A stretch of DNA of 64,000 nt from Gemmatimonadota bacterium (GCA_039588275.1 JBDHAC010000001.1:32001-96000); one strand, 5' to 3'; numbered from the stretch's first letter, positions 10,171-20,287 are shown. Numbers and translations: made by a program. The notes: a model not told the origin generated them from the sequence alone.

Positions 10171-12243
10171 TTACTGCTGGCTCGCTTCCTCCGCGGCCTC
10201 TTCGGTGATCTCGAGTCCGGTCACGTCCACGGTCAGCTTCTCGATTTGCGCCTCGATGGCCGGGTCCACATCCGGATTGATGCGCCCGCCGAGGCACTCG
10301 CCGAAGAAGGTCTCCATCGATCGATAGAGCGCCATGCGGTTGTCCGAGTTCGCGAACCCGTGCCCCTCGTTCTCGGCGAGCAGGTATTGCACGGGGATCC
10401 CGCGGTCCCTGAGCGCGATCGCCATCTGATCGGACTCACGCTGCGTCACGCGCGGATCGTTCGCCCCCTGCACGATGAGGAGCGGGTCCTCGATCTGATC
10501 CACGAAGTTGAGTGGCGAGCGGGCCTGCAGGTGCTCGATGTCGTCCACGTTCGCCGGATCGCCGACGTGGCGGTAGAACGTCCCCTCGAGGAACGGCCGC
10601 CAGTACGGCGGGAACGAGCTGATCAGCGTGACCAGCGACGAGGGACCCACGTAATCGACGCCGCACGCGAACACTTCGGGCGTGAACGTCAGCCCGACCA
10701 GGGTCGCGTACCCGCCATAGGACCCGCCGTAGATACCGATCCGGTCCGGATCCGCGATCCCCTCGTCGATCGCCCACTGCACTCCGTCCACGAGGTCGTC
10801 GTGCATGGCGCCGGCCCACTCTTTCACGGCGGCGTTGAGGAAGTCCTTCCCGTATCCCGTCGAGCCGCGGTAATTGACCTGCAAGACCGCGTATCCGCGG
10901 TTGGACAGGAGCTGTGCCTCGGAGTCGTAGCCCCACGTGTCGCGCGCCCACGGGCCGCCGTGGACGACCAGGACCATGGGGAGGTTCCTCGGCTCGACCC
11001 CGCGTGGCGTGGTGAGATAGCCGTGCACCGTCAGCCCGTCGCGGGCCTCGAACGAGATCGGCTGCATGTCGGTGAGCCCCGCCCCTTCGAGCCACGGCCG
11101 CGGCCGGAAGAGGAACTCCGACTCGTCCGTGTCACGGTCGTAGATGTACGTGGCGCCGGGATCGGTCGGGTCGTTGAAGGCCACCACCAGCTTTCGCTCG
11201 TCCAGCGTGAGCGATGTGGGGCTAGGCGATCCCTCGTGCAGCTCGCGGATGCGCGCCAGGTCCTCGGCCCACTCCTGAGTCTTCGGATAGAGGCGGACGG
11301 TATCGGCCACATAGACTGTGACGATCAGCTCGTCCGTGACGTCGCTGAAGACCGCCGACCCGAAGTCCACCTCGCCCAGCGGATCGCTCTCGATCTCCTC
11401 GAGCTCGGCGGACTCGAGATCCATGAGCACGAGCCGGCTCAGATCGACATCGCCGTGGTCGCTGTTCAGGTAAAGGCGTTGGTTGTCCTTGTGGAACCGG
11501 AGCGGCGAGACGTTCTCGTCCGCCGGGTAACTGGCCGCGAGCTCCCAATCATCGGCCTCGGTGGCGCGCGCGAAGATGTCGGTTCCGCCCTGCATGTTCT
11601 GCCCGAGGGCCACGCGGACCTTCTGCTCGTGGTCCAGGATGTAGCCGACGTGACGGCCCGGATTCTCGGACACGAGCGTCAGCTCACCCGTCTCCAGGTC
11701 GAGCCAGTGGGGGTCGAACAGCTGCGGGTTTCGGTTGTTGAGGCCGACCAGGATCCGGTCCGGCGTCTCGTCCGGGACCGCGTAGATCACGGCCCGGACG
11801 CCTTCGAAGGGCGTGAGATCGCGCGCCTCGGGGGTGGAAGTGCCATCCACGGGCACGGCGTAGACGTGGTAGTTCTCGTTCCCTCCCTTGTCCTGCACGT
11901 ACAGAATCTTCTCGGCGTCGATCGCCCAGAAGTAACCGGTGACAGGCCGAACCGTGTCGGCCGTCATCTGGAACTCTTCGCCGGACTCCAGGTTGCGGAC
12001 GAAGACGTTCAGCTTGTCCTCGTATGCCTTCAGATACGAGAGCCACTCGCCATCCGGCGAGATCTGGGCTCCGGCGATCTCCGGGTTGTCGAAGAAGTGC
12101 TCCACCGGGATCACGGCAGGCATGCCCTCGCCACTGGCGTAATCCGCGGTAGTCTGCGATGTGTCGGAGCAGGCGGCGGATGCCACGCCTGCGGCCACGA
12201 TCGCGGCCAACGCGAGTCGGTGTCGGTCCATCTTTCGCTCCAT
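10171..12243 (-). CDS. S9 dipeptidyl/acylaminoacyl peptidase, lipoprotein
   Basis: HGGPWARD, NYRGSTGYG, GGSYGGY, GANDPRV, ENEGHG; lipobox SAAC. Start 12243 or 12231. Confidence 0.92.
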   Translation of the reverse strand: MERKMDRHRLALAAIVAAGVASAACSDTSQTTADYASGEGMPAVIPVEHFFDNPEIAGAQISPDGEWLSYLKAYEDKLNVFVRNLESGEEFQMTADTVRPVTGYFWAIDAEKILYVQDKGGNENYHVYAVPVDGTSTPEARDLTPFEGVRAVIYAVPDETPDRILVGLNNRNPQLFDPHWLDLETGELTLVSENPGRHVGYILDHEQKVRVALGQNMQGGTDIFARATEADDWELAASYPADENVSPLRFHKDNQRLYLNSDHGDVDLSRLVLMDLESAELEEIESDPLGEVDFGSAVFSDVTDELIVTVYVADTVRLYPKTQEWAEDLARIRELHEGSPSPTSLTLDERKLVVAFNDPTDPGATYIYDRDTDESEFLFRPRPWLEGAGLTDMQPISFEARDGLTVHGYLTTPRGVEPRNLPMVLVVHGGPWARDTWGYDSEAQLLSNRGYAVLQVNYRGSTGYGKDFLNAAVKEWAGAMHDDLVDGVQWAIDEGIADPDRIGIYGGSYGGYATLVGLTFTPEVFACGVDYVGPSSLVTLISSFPPYWRPFLEGTFYRHVGDPANVDDIEHLQARSPLNFVDQIEDPLLIVQGANDPRVTQRESDQMAIALRDRGIPVQYLLAENEGHGFANSDNRMALYRSMETFFGECLGGRINPDVDPAIEAQIEKLTVDVTGLEITEEAAEEASQQ

Positions 12244-12321
12244 GTCGATGGGGGTAAGGCACCGTCCTGGTACGGGGAACGGGCTCCGGGTGTCCTGCGC
12301 GCCCCAGGCTCCGTCTAGTTG

Positions 12322-12346
12322 TACGGGTGAAGTGCGCAGAAAGTTG
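12322..12346 (-). promoter_or_regulatory. Putative ECF-type promoter for the S9 peptidase
   Basis: Minus strand CAAC-N17-CGTA about 80 nt upstream of the start. Confidence 0.3.
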
Positions 12347-12493
12347 TCCGATCGCCGTCCGAGATGCCACTCGGCGGCGCCGGCTCGCTTAGATTGGGGG
12401 TCTGTCGGAGTCAACGCGGGCAGATCCCAGCGGTGTGGTGCGGCGCGGTGCGGTGTGGTTTGGACGAAGGTGTGGGATGGAGGGAGGTGTGGG

Positions 12494-13210
12494 ATGAGGG
12501 GCCGAACCGCGGGGGTTTTCGCGCTGCTGGGGCTGATCGGCGTCACGGCAGCTTGCGCGACGGCGGGCGCGTCGGGATCGGGCGCCGGCGTCGGTGTCGT
12601 GAGACCGACCGCCGGAGCCCGCGGAACCGATTCGTCGCCGGGGCCTGCGCCGCCGGAATCCGGTGAGTCCGGCCGGGCGGCGCGCACCACTCCGCTGGAG
12701 GGTGGCTGCGGGCTCGCGCCCCTCGATCTCCGCCCCAAGTACGTTCTGCCATTCACGGTCGGTTCCCGCTACGAGCTGGTGCAGGGCAACTGCGGGCCGC
12801 ACAGTCACGATGGCCGCTTCAACTTCAGCTTCGACTTCCGCATGCCGATGCGCACGCCGATCATTGCGGCGCGCGACGGCGTGGTGAGCGCGATCCGTCA
12901 AAACAGACCGGATGGCACCGACCGCGTCGGGGACGAGAACTACGTCATCATCGATCACGGCGATGGGGAGTACTCCCGGTACATCCACCTGACGAGGGAT
13001 GGCGCCCTGGTGTCGAGGGGCGAGCGCGTGGCGCGAGGGGATACGATCGCGCTCTCCGGCGATTCCGGGAGGAGCGCCTTCCCCCACCTGCACTTCGACG
13101 TCATCGACGGGTGCGCGAACGGGATCTGCTGGACGATCCCCGCCGCGTTCCTGAACTCCGATCCGCCGATTCCGACTCGCCGCGGCTCTTACACGGCACA
13201 CTCCTTCTGA
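12494..13210 (+). CDS. M23 family metallopeptidase lipoprotein
   Basis: Lipobox TAAC; H(x)nFDF, IIAARDGVV, YIHL and PHLHF motifs. Confidence 0.88.
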   Translation: MRGRTAGVFALLGLIGVTAACATAGASGSGAGVGVVRPTAGARGTDSSPGPAPPESGESGRAARTTPLEGGCGLAPLDLRPKYVLPFTVGSRYELVQGNCGPHSHDGRFNFSFDFRMPMRTPIIAARDGVVSAIRQNRPDGTDRVGDENYVIIDHGDGEYSRYIHLTRDGALVSRGERVARGDTIALSGDSGRSAFPHLHFDVIDGCANGICWTIPAAFLNSDPPIPTRRGSYTAHSF

Positions 13211-13255
13211 GCGGGATGGATGCGCCGTTGAAACCTCACGGAGCGGTCGGACGTA

Positions 13256-13279
13256 TATTAACCAACCGGTTAGTTAATA
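13256..13279. promoter_or_regulatory. AT-rich inverted repeat, probable TetR operator
   Basis: TATTAACCAACCGGTTAGTTAATA is palindromic except one pair; lies 22 nt upstream of the TetR ATG. Confidence 0.7.
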
Positions 13280-13301
13280 CGCTAAGATCGCGGAAACCCC
13301 T

Positions 13302-13967
13302 ATGAAGACAGTCGCACCCAGAGAACGAAGAGAACGGGACCCGGAGCTCACGAGGGAAGCCCTGAAGGGAGCCGCGCGCGAGGCCTTCGCGCGTGAGGGG
13401 TTCGAAGGGGCCCGGACACGTGAGATCGCGGCACGCGCGGGGGCGAACAAAGCGCTGATCAGCTACCACTTCGGGGGAAAACAGGGTCTGTTCACGGCGG
13501 TCTTGCTGGAGGACGTCATCGCCGCCAAGGAAAACTTCAGGCAGGCGATGGATTCGGCCGGTTCCCCAAGCGCGAAACTCGGCTCCTTCATGCGCGCGAT
13601 GGCCGACGTAGCGAGGGAGAGACCCACCTTCCTGCCCCTGCTCGCGCAGGAGCTGATGAGCGCAGGGCGTCACCTCGAGCCTCACGTGGAGGAAGAGTTC
13701 TTCGGGTTCTTCCACCTGGTACGTGACACGCTCCGCGAAGGCATCGAGGCGGGCGAGTTCCGCCCCGTGGATCCACACGCGACCCATATCAGCCTCATCG
13801 GAGGCCTGGTGTGGTTCGGGCTCACGGAGCCGTTGCGCGAGCGGACGGCCGCGGAAGGGCGCCCCCCCGCACCCAGCGCCACCTGGCCGGGCTATGTGGA
13901 GCACATGCGGCAACTCGTTCTCAGAGGCCTGGCCCCCGCCAGCGAGCGACCCGGCGCGGCAGGGTGA
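13302..13967 (+). CDS. TetR/AcrR family transcriptional regulator
   Basis: N-terminal HTH AREAFAREGFEGARTREIAARAGANKALISYHFGGKQGL. Confidence 0.92.
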   Translation: MKTVAPRERRERDPELTREALKGAAREAFAREGFEGARTREIAARAGANKALISYHFGGKQGLFTAVLLEDVIAAKENFRQAMDSAGSPSAKLGSFMRAMADVARERPTFLPLLAQELMSAGRHLEPHVEEEFFGFFHLVRDTLREGIEAGEFRPVDPHATHISLIGGLVWFGLTEPLRERTAAEGRPPAPSATWPGYVEHMRQLVLRGLAPASERPGAAG

Positions 13968-13979
13968 AGCGGGAGACGG

Positions 13980-14196
13980 ATGTCAGACACGAAGGAGGAA
14001 ACCGTCTCAGACCAACCCGTTCCCATCGCTGTTCGTGGTCGTCGGCGGCCGAGGCATGGCGAGAATCGGTGGGAAGGAGCTCGAGCTCCAGTAGAGGCAG
14101 GCCGTGCTCATCCCGGCCGAAGTGGCGCACGAGTTCTGGAACCCCTTCGACTCGCCGTTCGAGGGGGTGCTGTTGATGTTCGGCGAGGGAGCGTAA
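13980..14196 (+). pseudogene. Degenerate cupin-domain gene
   Basis: Frame reads NPFPSLFVVVGGRGMARIGGKELELQ*RQAVLIPAEVAHEFWNPFDSPFEGVLLMFGEGA*; in-frame TAG at 14092-14094 and no in-frame start for the N-terminal part. Confidence 0.55.
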
Positions 14197-14482
14197 CCGT
14201 GGGCCTGAGGGCGAGTGTGCCAGGCTGCGCACCCGCCCTTCTGGCTCACTCGTCCCGCCTCGGTCCTTTCCATTTGCCCCACACCGACCACTCGCCGCCG
14301 CCGGCTCCGCCCGCCATCCAGATCGGGGCAGGCGCCATCTGACCCCGATCCGGACCCGAAGCTGAGACACTTTGGCTCGTAGGCGATTCGTCGGTCAGGG
14401 TCCAGGCCCTCACTCAAGCACGTAACCACCATCCAGAAAACACATTACGGGTTCCGGAAGCCGGATCGGGACAGATCCGGAT

Positions 14483-14498
14483 TGGTCGCGTTCTTGCC
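14483..14498 (+). promoter_or_regulatory. Putative sigma54 (-24/-12) promoter upstream of the tonB-like gene
   Basis: TGGTCGCGTTCTTGCC, GG-N10-GC with TT before GC; AT-richer tract at about 14415-14448 upstream. Confidence 0.4.
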
Positions 14499-14686
14499 AT
14501 CAAAGGGACGCCGGCTTTTCCACGGCGCAAGCGACCTACGTGCTGCCGGCACCAAGCACCCAGCGGAAGAACTTCCCGTGAGGCCGCCGGGTATGATTGG
14601 ATGACCCTGGACGGCTCGACGACGGTTGGGGCCGAGGGTGAATCGACCGCCCTGTCCGTCGCGGGAGCGAAAGAATAGGAGGGCGT

Positions 14687-15367
14687 ATGAGCACCCAGGA
14701 TGGGTCCATTCGCCGTTCAGCGAACGACCGGTTCAAGGAGCGATCTTCCTCGGTCGTTGCGGCCGCACTCGTGCTGGCGGTGGTCGCGCACGCGGCCGCA
14801 TTCGAGTTCTTTCCCACGCTCAGCGCCGCCGACTTCACCACGACGGCAACCGGCATCTCGGTCATTGACCTGCCGCCCGAGACGGAGATCCCACCGCCTC
14901 CGGAGAGAATCGCGCGGCCCGCGACGCCACGCGTCGGTGCGGTCGAGATGGACGAGGATTTGACCATCGCCCCGACCACGTTCGAGAGCAATCCGGCCGC
15001 CACCCTTGGGCCGCCCCCGCCGAATGCGGGCGGCGACCCTTCGCAGAGACCGACGTTCATCCCTTACGATGTCGCGCCTCGGCTGATCAACCGGCGAGAG
15101 GTGGTCGACGCGCTAGCGCGGCATTACCCCAGGAACCTGCGCCAGGCGGGGATCGCGGGTCGGGTCGTCCTGTGGATCTTCATCGATCAGCAGGGTGCGG
15201 TCGTGAGGTCGCACGTAGAGGAATCGAGTGGTTCGACGGCGCTGGATGCGGCGGCCCAGCGAGTCGCCGAGGTGATGCGATTCTCGCCGGCCAAGAACCG
15301 CGATAAGGTGACGGCTGTTTGGATCGCCCAGCCGATCAATTTCGAGGTGATCAACACGATCCGGTGA
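14687..15367 (+). CDS. Energy transducer TonB family protein
   Basis: N-terminal TM, Pro-rich linker, C-terminal YP...G.V...SSG..ALD.AA...F.PA domain; AGGAGG SD. Confidence 0.88.
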   Translation: MSTQDGSIRRSANDRFKERSSSVVAAALVLAVVAHAAAFEFFPTLSAADFTTTATGISVIDLPPETEIPPPPERIARPATPRVGAVEMDEDLTIAPTTFESNPAATLGPPPPNAGGDPSQRPTFIPYDVAPRLINRREVVDALARHYPRNLRQAGIAGRVVLWIFIDQQGAVVRSHVEESSGSTALDAAAQRVAEVMRFSPAKNRDKVTAVWIAQPINFEVINTIR

Positions 15368-15442
15368 GGAAACCGCGGGCCATCACCGCCTGAACAGTCT
15401 AGAATACCACCAGGCCCGGCCACGCACGCGTGGCCGGGCCAT

Positions 15443-16285
15443 TTATCGTGGGCTCATCCGTGGCCGCGGGCTCCTCGCCGGCAGTGCGAAGCGTGAGTTC
15501 GCCTCGACCGCCGCCTCCTGCAGCGTATTCGCGACCTCCGGTGAGAGCGCCACCGGACCCGACGGGGTCGGAACCTCCGGGGGCAGATCGCGGGGGTCCC
15601 GGTTCGCCAGTTGCTCGTACATTACGAGGGCCGCCAGGTAGCTGCCGAGCAAGCTCGGGTGGAAGTCGTCCGATCCGTACAGGGCCAGGTCCGCGTCCCG
15701 CGCCCACGCCGAGCGCCACGCCTCACCGGCCGGGAACAGCAGTCCGCCGACGGATTGCGCAGCGGTTCTGTAGGAGTCCGACACGCTGTCGAAGTCGAAG
15801 AAGCGCGATCGGCTCGGCCATACCATGTAGAGCGCGGTTCGCGCGCCCGCGCGCCCGATCTCTTCCGCGAACCGGTCGCTGTACTCGAGCAGCGATGGCC
15901 GTCCCTCGGTGGCCGAGGGACCCTGCTGCAAGACGACCACATCCCACCCTCCGAGGGCGATCCGGGCTCTGGCGGTTCCTTCGACCCAATGGTCCTGCAG
16001 CCCGTAGTTCGGGAAGGCAACGACCTCCAGGTGCAGCGGGCCGACGTCCGCCATCTCGAGCGATCGCTGCAGGATCGCCGGCATGTCGTTCCAGTACGTG
16101 AGGCTGTTGCCCACGAACAGCACGCCGAACTCGCCGGGCTGGGGACCCGGCGGAGGGTCTTGGGGAGGGCCCGAAGGCGTCGAGGCGCAGCCCGGGATCG
16201 CCAGCAGCGGAAGCAGAAACGCCGCGCGAGAGCCGAATCGTGCGCGTCGTTTGAAGCGTGCGCGTCGTTTCTGTGAATCAGACAC
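15443..16285 (-). CDS. SGNH/GDSL hydrolase-like lipoprotein
   Basis: C-terminal part of ORF 15443..17467: lipobox IPGC, VLFVGNSLT, WDVVVLQQ, DDFHPS; GTG start at 16285. Confidence 0.8.
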   Translation of the reverse strand: MSDSQKRRARFKRRARFGSRAAFLLPLLAIPGCASTPSGPPQDPPPGPQPGEFGVLFVGNSLTYWNDMPAILQRSLEMADVGPLHLEVVAFPNYGLQDHWVEGTARARIALGGWDVVVLQQGPSATEGRPSLLEYSDRFAEEIGRAGARTALYMVWPSRSRFFDFDSVSDSYRTAAQSVGGLLFPAGEAWRSAWARDADLALYGSDDFHPSLLGSYLAALVMYEQLANRDPRDLPPEVPTPSGPVALSPEVANTLQEAAVEANSRFALPARSPRPRMSPR

Positions 16286-16350
16286 CGGTGCCTCCGGGTC
16301 ACGGCGTCCAAGAGTGACGAAGAAGATAGCCACCCGGGCGCCCGGCTCGC

Positions 16351-17688
16351 TCACTCGACGACGGGACGCTCCGGATCGATCCTCGTCCAGCAGACGGCAG
16401 ACACCAGCAGGAGCGCGCTGGCGAGAATGAAGGGAGCCGCCCACGATCCGGTCCGGGCGACCAGGATGCCGAATACGAGCGGTGAAAGAGCGCCCGCCAG
16501 ATTGCCGCAGGAGTTCATCAAAGCGGACACCGTGCCGGGGAAGCGGGAGCCGACGTCGATCGTGACGGCCCACGATACACCGACGGTCAATTCGAGGGCT
16601 CCGGCGGCCAGGACCAGAAGGATCAGGGCGGTCCACGCGTCGGCAGCCAGGGCGCCACCTGCCATGAAGACGACGGCGGCCGCGAACCCGGTGATCGCGA
16701 CCGAGCGTCGACCGAACCGAAGGCCGCGTAGCCGCACCAGCCGGTCGGAGAGCCAACCGCCGAGGCTGTTGGTGATGGCCCCCGCCCATAGCGGCAGACT
16801 CCCGTACAGGCCGGACTCCACGATCCCGAATCCCCTCGTCTCCACCAGGTAGGTCGGAAACCAGCTGAAGTAGATCCAGCCGGTGTAGACGGCTCCGCCG
16901 TACATCAAGCAGATGAGCTGCATGTTTCGGTTGCGGAGCAGCCGCCGCCACGGGACGCGATCGACACCCTCTTTGCCGCCGCCATCCGGTTGCGGGAAGC
17001 CATCTTGCGATGCCTCGCGGCGGGGCCGCGTGACATGCGCTGCGCTCCTGATCGCGGCCAGCTCCAGCGCGTTGACGCCGGGATGATCCTCGGGCCGATC
17101 GCGGTAGTACCGATACCAGACGGCCGCCCAGACCAAGCCGATCAGACCGAAGGCGACGAAGACGACGCGCCAGCTCGCGGCGTGCGCGATCCATACCACC
17201 AGGGGGAGCGTGATCGCTCCCCCGACGCGGGCGCCGGTGTGGGTGATCCCCTGGGCGAAGCCCCGTTCCGATGGCGGGAACCACTTCGACATGGCTCGAG
17301 TCGCGGCCGGAAAACCGCCGGCTTCGCCGGACCCGAACAGGAAACGGATCACGAGCAGCGACCCCGCGTTCCAGGCGGCGGCGGTGGCCATGGTGAACAT
17401 CGACCAGAAGCACACGATCGCGGTCAGCACGCGCCTCGGTCCGAATCGGTCGGCGAGCCATCCCCACGGGAGCTGGAAGAGGGCGTAGGCGAGCGAGAAC
17501 GCCGTGAACGCGGCACCCAGGCCGATCTCGCCGAGTCCGAGCTCGTCCCGGATGAGTGGGGCCGCGCCCGCGATGGCCACGCGGTCCATGTACGAGTTGG
17601 CGTAATGGAAGATGAGCAGCCCGAGGACCACTCGCCTGGCTCGGGTGGGCTTCACGGGCGCGAGAGGGTGTTCGATGCAGGACCTCAC
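16351..17688 (-). CDS. MFS transporter, anion:cation symporter (galactonate/glucarate-like) family
   Basis: SYMDR, GWLADRFGPRR, RFLFGSGEAG.FP, WFPPSERG motifs; about 12 hydrophobic segments. Confidence 0.9.
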   Translation of the reverse strand: MRSCIEHPLAPVKPTRARRVVLGLLIFHYANSYMDRVAIAGAAPLIRDELGLGEIGLGAAFTAFSLAYALFQLPWGWLADRFGPRRVLTAIVCFWSMFTMATAAAWNAGSLLVIRFLFGSGEAGGFPAATRAMSKWFPPSERGFAQGITHTGARVGGAITLPLVVWIAHAASWRVVFVAFGLIGLVWAAVWYRYYRDRPEDHPGVNALELAAIRSAAHVTRPRREASQDGFPQPDGGGKEGVDRVPWRRLLRNRNMQLICLMYGGAVYTGWIYFSWFPTYLVETRGFGIVESGLYGSLPLWAGAITNSLGGWLSDRLVRLRGLRFGRRSVAITGFAAAVVFMAGGALAADAWTALILLVLAAGALELTVGVSWAVTIDVGSRFPGTVSALMNSCGNLAGALSPLVFGILVARTGSWAAPFILASALLLVSAVCWTRIDPERPVVE

Positions 17689-17689
17689 A

Positions 17690-19315
17690 TTAGCTCGTCT
17701 GCCGCCCGTGCAGGTGGAGGATCTTGCTGGAGCGCGTCACGTGTGGCGCGCCGCGCTCGACCCGCACGTTGACCGCGGTTCGGAGGTGCTCCTCCATGAG
17801 CCGGTTGACGGGGGCGCCCGCCCCGAGCCCCGTCAAGAAGACCTCCAGGAGCTCGGGCTCCGATATGGGTCCCACTCGGGGGTGAACACGAATGATCAAC
17901 CCTGGGTCGCCGCGCGAGTCCTCATCCTCCACCAGTTGGTAGTCGGTTGGGTCGCCTCCGAATCGACCGGGAAGCACCACCTCGAGCAAGCGGACGACAT
18001 CGGTGTCCTGGAACGTCACTCCACCGGCTGTGAGCTTCTCGAAGCTACGCACCCTTTGGAGCCGGGTGCGCCACCCGAGGCCATCCAGTGGGCACGGGCA
18101 CGGCGCATCGACGAAGTCCGCTCGATCGCCCATACAGAAGTTGACCATCAGGTAGGGCGCCGCCTCGTGCAATGTCGTCAACAGGAGGGCGTTCTCGGGC
18201 ATGCCGAGCTCGGAACCGCGCACCCCGGCCTGAATGACGGCATGAAGGTCGCGCACTACGTGCATGTGGTCGGCTTCCGCGGTCTCCCCGCACCCGTACG
18301 CGACGGGTCCCGTCTCGATCGACCCGTACCGGGCGCGTGCGGTGACGCCCGAGCTGCCGATCGTCCGTAGTCGAGCGGCGGTGATCGGCTCGCCGCCCAG
18401 CGTGGCTCGCATTCCCTTCAGGTCGATCCCGGCTTCGAGCGCCGCGGAAGCGAGGCGCACGACAGAGCTCGGCGGGCCGAGGAGGTGCGGCGTCTCCCCT
18501 TCGGCCAGAAGCCGCCGTGCCCAGCGCGCGACCGGCAACGGCTCCTCGGGAGTAGCCACCACGGCCCGGGGCATGCCCCGGGCCCCCAGCCTCGCCCCCC
18601 AGCGCATGGCACGCTCGCTCCATCGAAAGACGGGATCGAGGTTCCGAAGCGAGGGATCCACCTGCGTGAACCAGGCAGCCGGTCCGGATCCGAAGCAGGA
18701 GAACTTGAGCAGGCGGAATCTGGACCCGGCTCCCGGCGTCTCCCATGTGGCGTTCCTCCAGCCCCATCCCCCATGCGCATCGAGATAGACCGCACACGCG
18801 ACTGCACAAGCGCGCACGTACGCGAGATCGATCAGGAACGGAGCCGACGCGCTGCGACTTCCACCGCTCCGTGCTGCAACGTGGAACGCGGCGAGCGGGT
18901 TGCGAAACGAATCGGTAGCCGGCTCGATGCGGAGCGAGCCCCGAACCACCGGCTTCCGCCCCTTGAACTCCTCCACCGTCAGGTAGATGCCCTCATGGAA
19001 GAGTAGGCGTAGAGCACCTTCGAGCCCGTCGCGCGCTACGAGCGCACGTAGATCCTCGTGCGCGACTCCCGCGTGCTCGAAGAGGCGGGAGAGAACGCTT
19101 CCGGGTCGCTCGAACACGACCCTGCGGAGGAGGGACACGAAACGGCTCTCGCGCTCACGGAGACGGATCGCCTGGATCGAGCGTGCCTCTTGGAGCGTGA
19201 AGCGGTGGCGCACGAAGCCAGGAACCCCTGCGAGAAACCGAGCCCCCGCGACGAGCCCACGAGGGTTCGCGAGGGGAGTCTTCAACCCTCCGCCGCCTGC
19301 AGCTTGATCGACCAT
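17690..19315 (-). CDS. Divergent PaaK/CapK-like adenylate-forming (ANL) protein, copy 1
   Basis: Degenerate P-loop RSGGSRS, LGGEP, YGSIETG, MGD, CPC, terminal TRSSKILH lysine motif. Confidence 0.6.
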   Translation of the reverse strand: MVDQAAGGGGLKTPLANPRGLVAGARFLAGVPGFVRHRFTLQEARSIQAIRLRERESRFVSLLRRVVFERPGSVLSRLFEHAGVAHEDLRALVARDGLEGALRLLFHEGIYLTVEEFKGRKPVVRGSLRIEPATDSFRNPLAAFHVAARSGGSRSASAPFLIDLAYVRACAVACAVYLDAHGGWGWRNATWETPGAGSRFRLLKFSCFGSGPAAWFTQVDPSLRNLDPVFRWSERAMRWGARLGARGMPRAVVATPEEPLPVARWARRLLAEGETPHLLGPPSSVVRLASAALEAGIDLKGMRATLGGEPITAARLRTIGSSGVTARARYGSIETGPVAYGCGETAEADHMHVVRDLHAVIQAGVRGSELGMPENALLLTTLHEAAPYLMVNFCMGDRADFVDAPCPCPLDGLGWRTRLQRVRSFEKLTAGGVTFQDTDVVRLLEVVLPGRFGGDPTDYQLVEDEDSRGDPGLIIRVHPRVGPISEPELLEVFLTGLGAGAPVNRLMEEHLRTAVNVRVERGAPHVTRSSKILHLHGRQTS

Positions 19316-19370
19316 GGTGATGGTCTAACGGTGCAGATGCGAGACCGTCAAACTGCGGGTGGCGAGCGGA

Positions 19371-20279
19371 TCAAGGATTGACGGAACGAAGCTCACTCCT
19401 GACCGCCTGCAGGTCCAGCTGCATGATCCACACGTCGAAGCTCCCCGACCTGGTGCTGGTGAACGCGATCTGTGTCCCATCCGGCGACCAGCGGGGCGTA
19501 TCGTCGTAAGCCGGGTGAGAGGTGATCCGAATCGGCGCCCCACCCTCCGCCGACATGATCCACAGGTCGACGTTGTCGTCATGGCGCGAGGCGAACGCGA
19601 GCAGCGATCCGTCCGGTGACAGGTCCATGTACCGGTACGCGTGTGTGCTGTCGGACGCGACCTCGCGCCTCTCCTCGCCGTCGGCCGACACCGCCACGAT
19701 CGTCGACTCCGCCGACTCCTGTTCGCGCAGCCACATGTAGATCTCGTCACCGTCGGGCGACCAGCACCCCAGTACCGGCCGCTTTCCCTCCCCGTTGAAG
19801 ACGATCCGTGCCTCACCCGTGCGTATGTCCAGCGTCCAAAGGTGGGACCCCTCTTTGAACGCGACGCGAGTGCCATCCGGGGACCATATGGGGTTACCGC
19901 CCCGGAAGATGGGGATCGATGCCGGAACGATCCGGATCGGCTGTCCCCCGTCGGCGGCCACGAGCTTGACGGCGTTGCCGAACTCCGCATCGAAGACGAT
20001 GTAACGTCCGTCGGGCGACCAGTCGGGGTGCTCGCCGATGAAGGTCGTGAGCTGCCGGCCCTCACCCCCCGCGGCGGGGACCAGCCACAACCCGGTCATT
20101 CCAGTGTCGCCCTGCCGGACGTACGTGGAATGCACGACGATGGTCCCATCGGGGGACCACGACGGAAACCCCTGTTGAGCCGGGTTGTCAGTAAGCTGTC
20201 TGACGGGATGTGGCTCCTGGGCGAGGAGGGAGCCGGCGCCGAGGGACGCGAGGACGATCGCGCACCAGACGGCTCGCAT
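19371..20279 (-). CDS. TolB-like/PD40 beta-propeller, exported
   Basis: Signal peptide and repeated WSPDG motifs. Confidence 0.85.
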   Translation of the reverse strand: MRAVWCAIVLASLGAGSLLAQEPHPVRQLTDNPAQQGFPSWSPDGTIVVHSTYVRQGDTGMTGLWLVPAAGGEGRQLTTFIGEHPDWSPDGRYIVFDAEFGNAVKLVAADGGQPIRIVPASIPIFRGGNPIWSPDGTRVAFKEGSHLWTLDIRTGEARIVFNGEGKRPVLGCWSPDGDEIYMWLREQESAESTIVAVSADGEERREVASDSTHAYRYMDLSPDGSLLAFASRHDDNVDLWIMSAEGGAPIRITSHPAYDDTPRWSPDGTQIAFTSTRSGSFDVWIMQLDLQAVRSELRSVNP

Positions 20280-20287
20280 GGTGCTCC

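Noticed and set aside
10246..12318. Long antisense or alternate-frame ORFs (also 31653..33332, 39275..41500, 62801..63964 and many others)
   Set aside because: Shadows of well-supported genes, expected in high-GC DNA; no family motifs
12430..12465. (GGTGY)n pentamer run upstream of the M23 gene
   Set aside because: Short and degenerate, with no supportable function
14092..14094. Pyrrolysine or amber read-through in the cupin
   Set aside because: No pyl genes in the window, TAG ends many normal genes here, and the 5' part is also frameshifted
15443..17467. 674-aa fusion ORF spanning the MFS and SGNH genes
   Set aside because: The N-terminal part is an off-frame overlap of the MFS gene; only 16285-15443 looks like a protein
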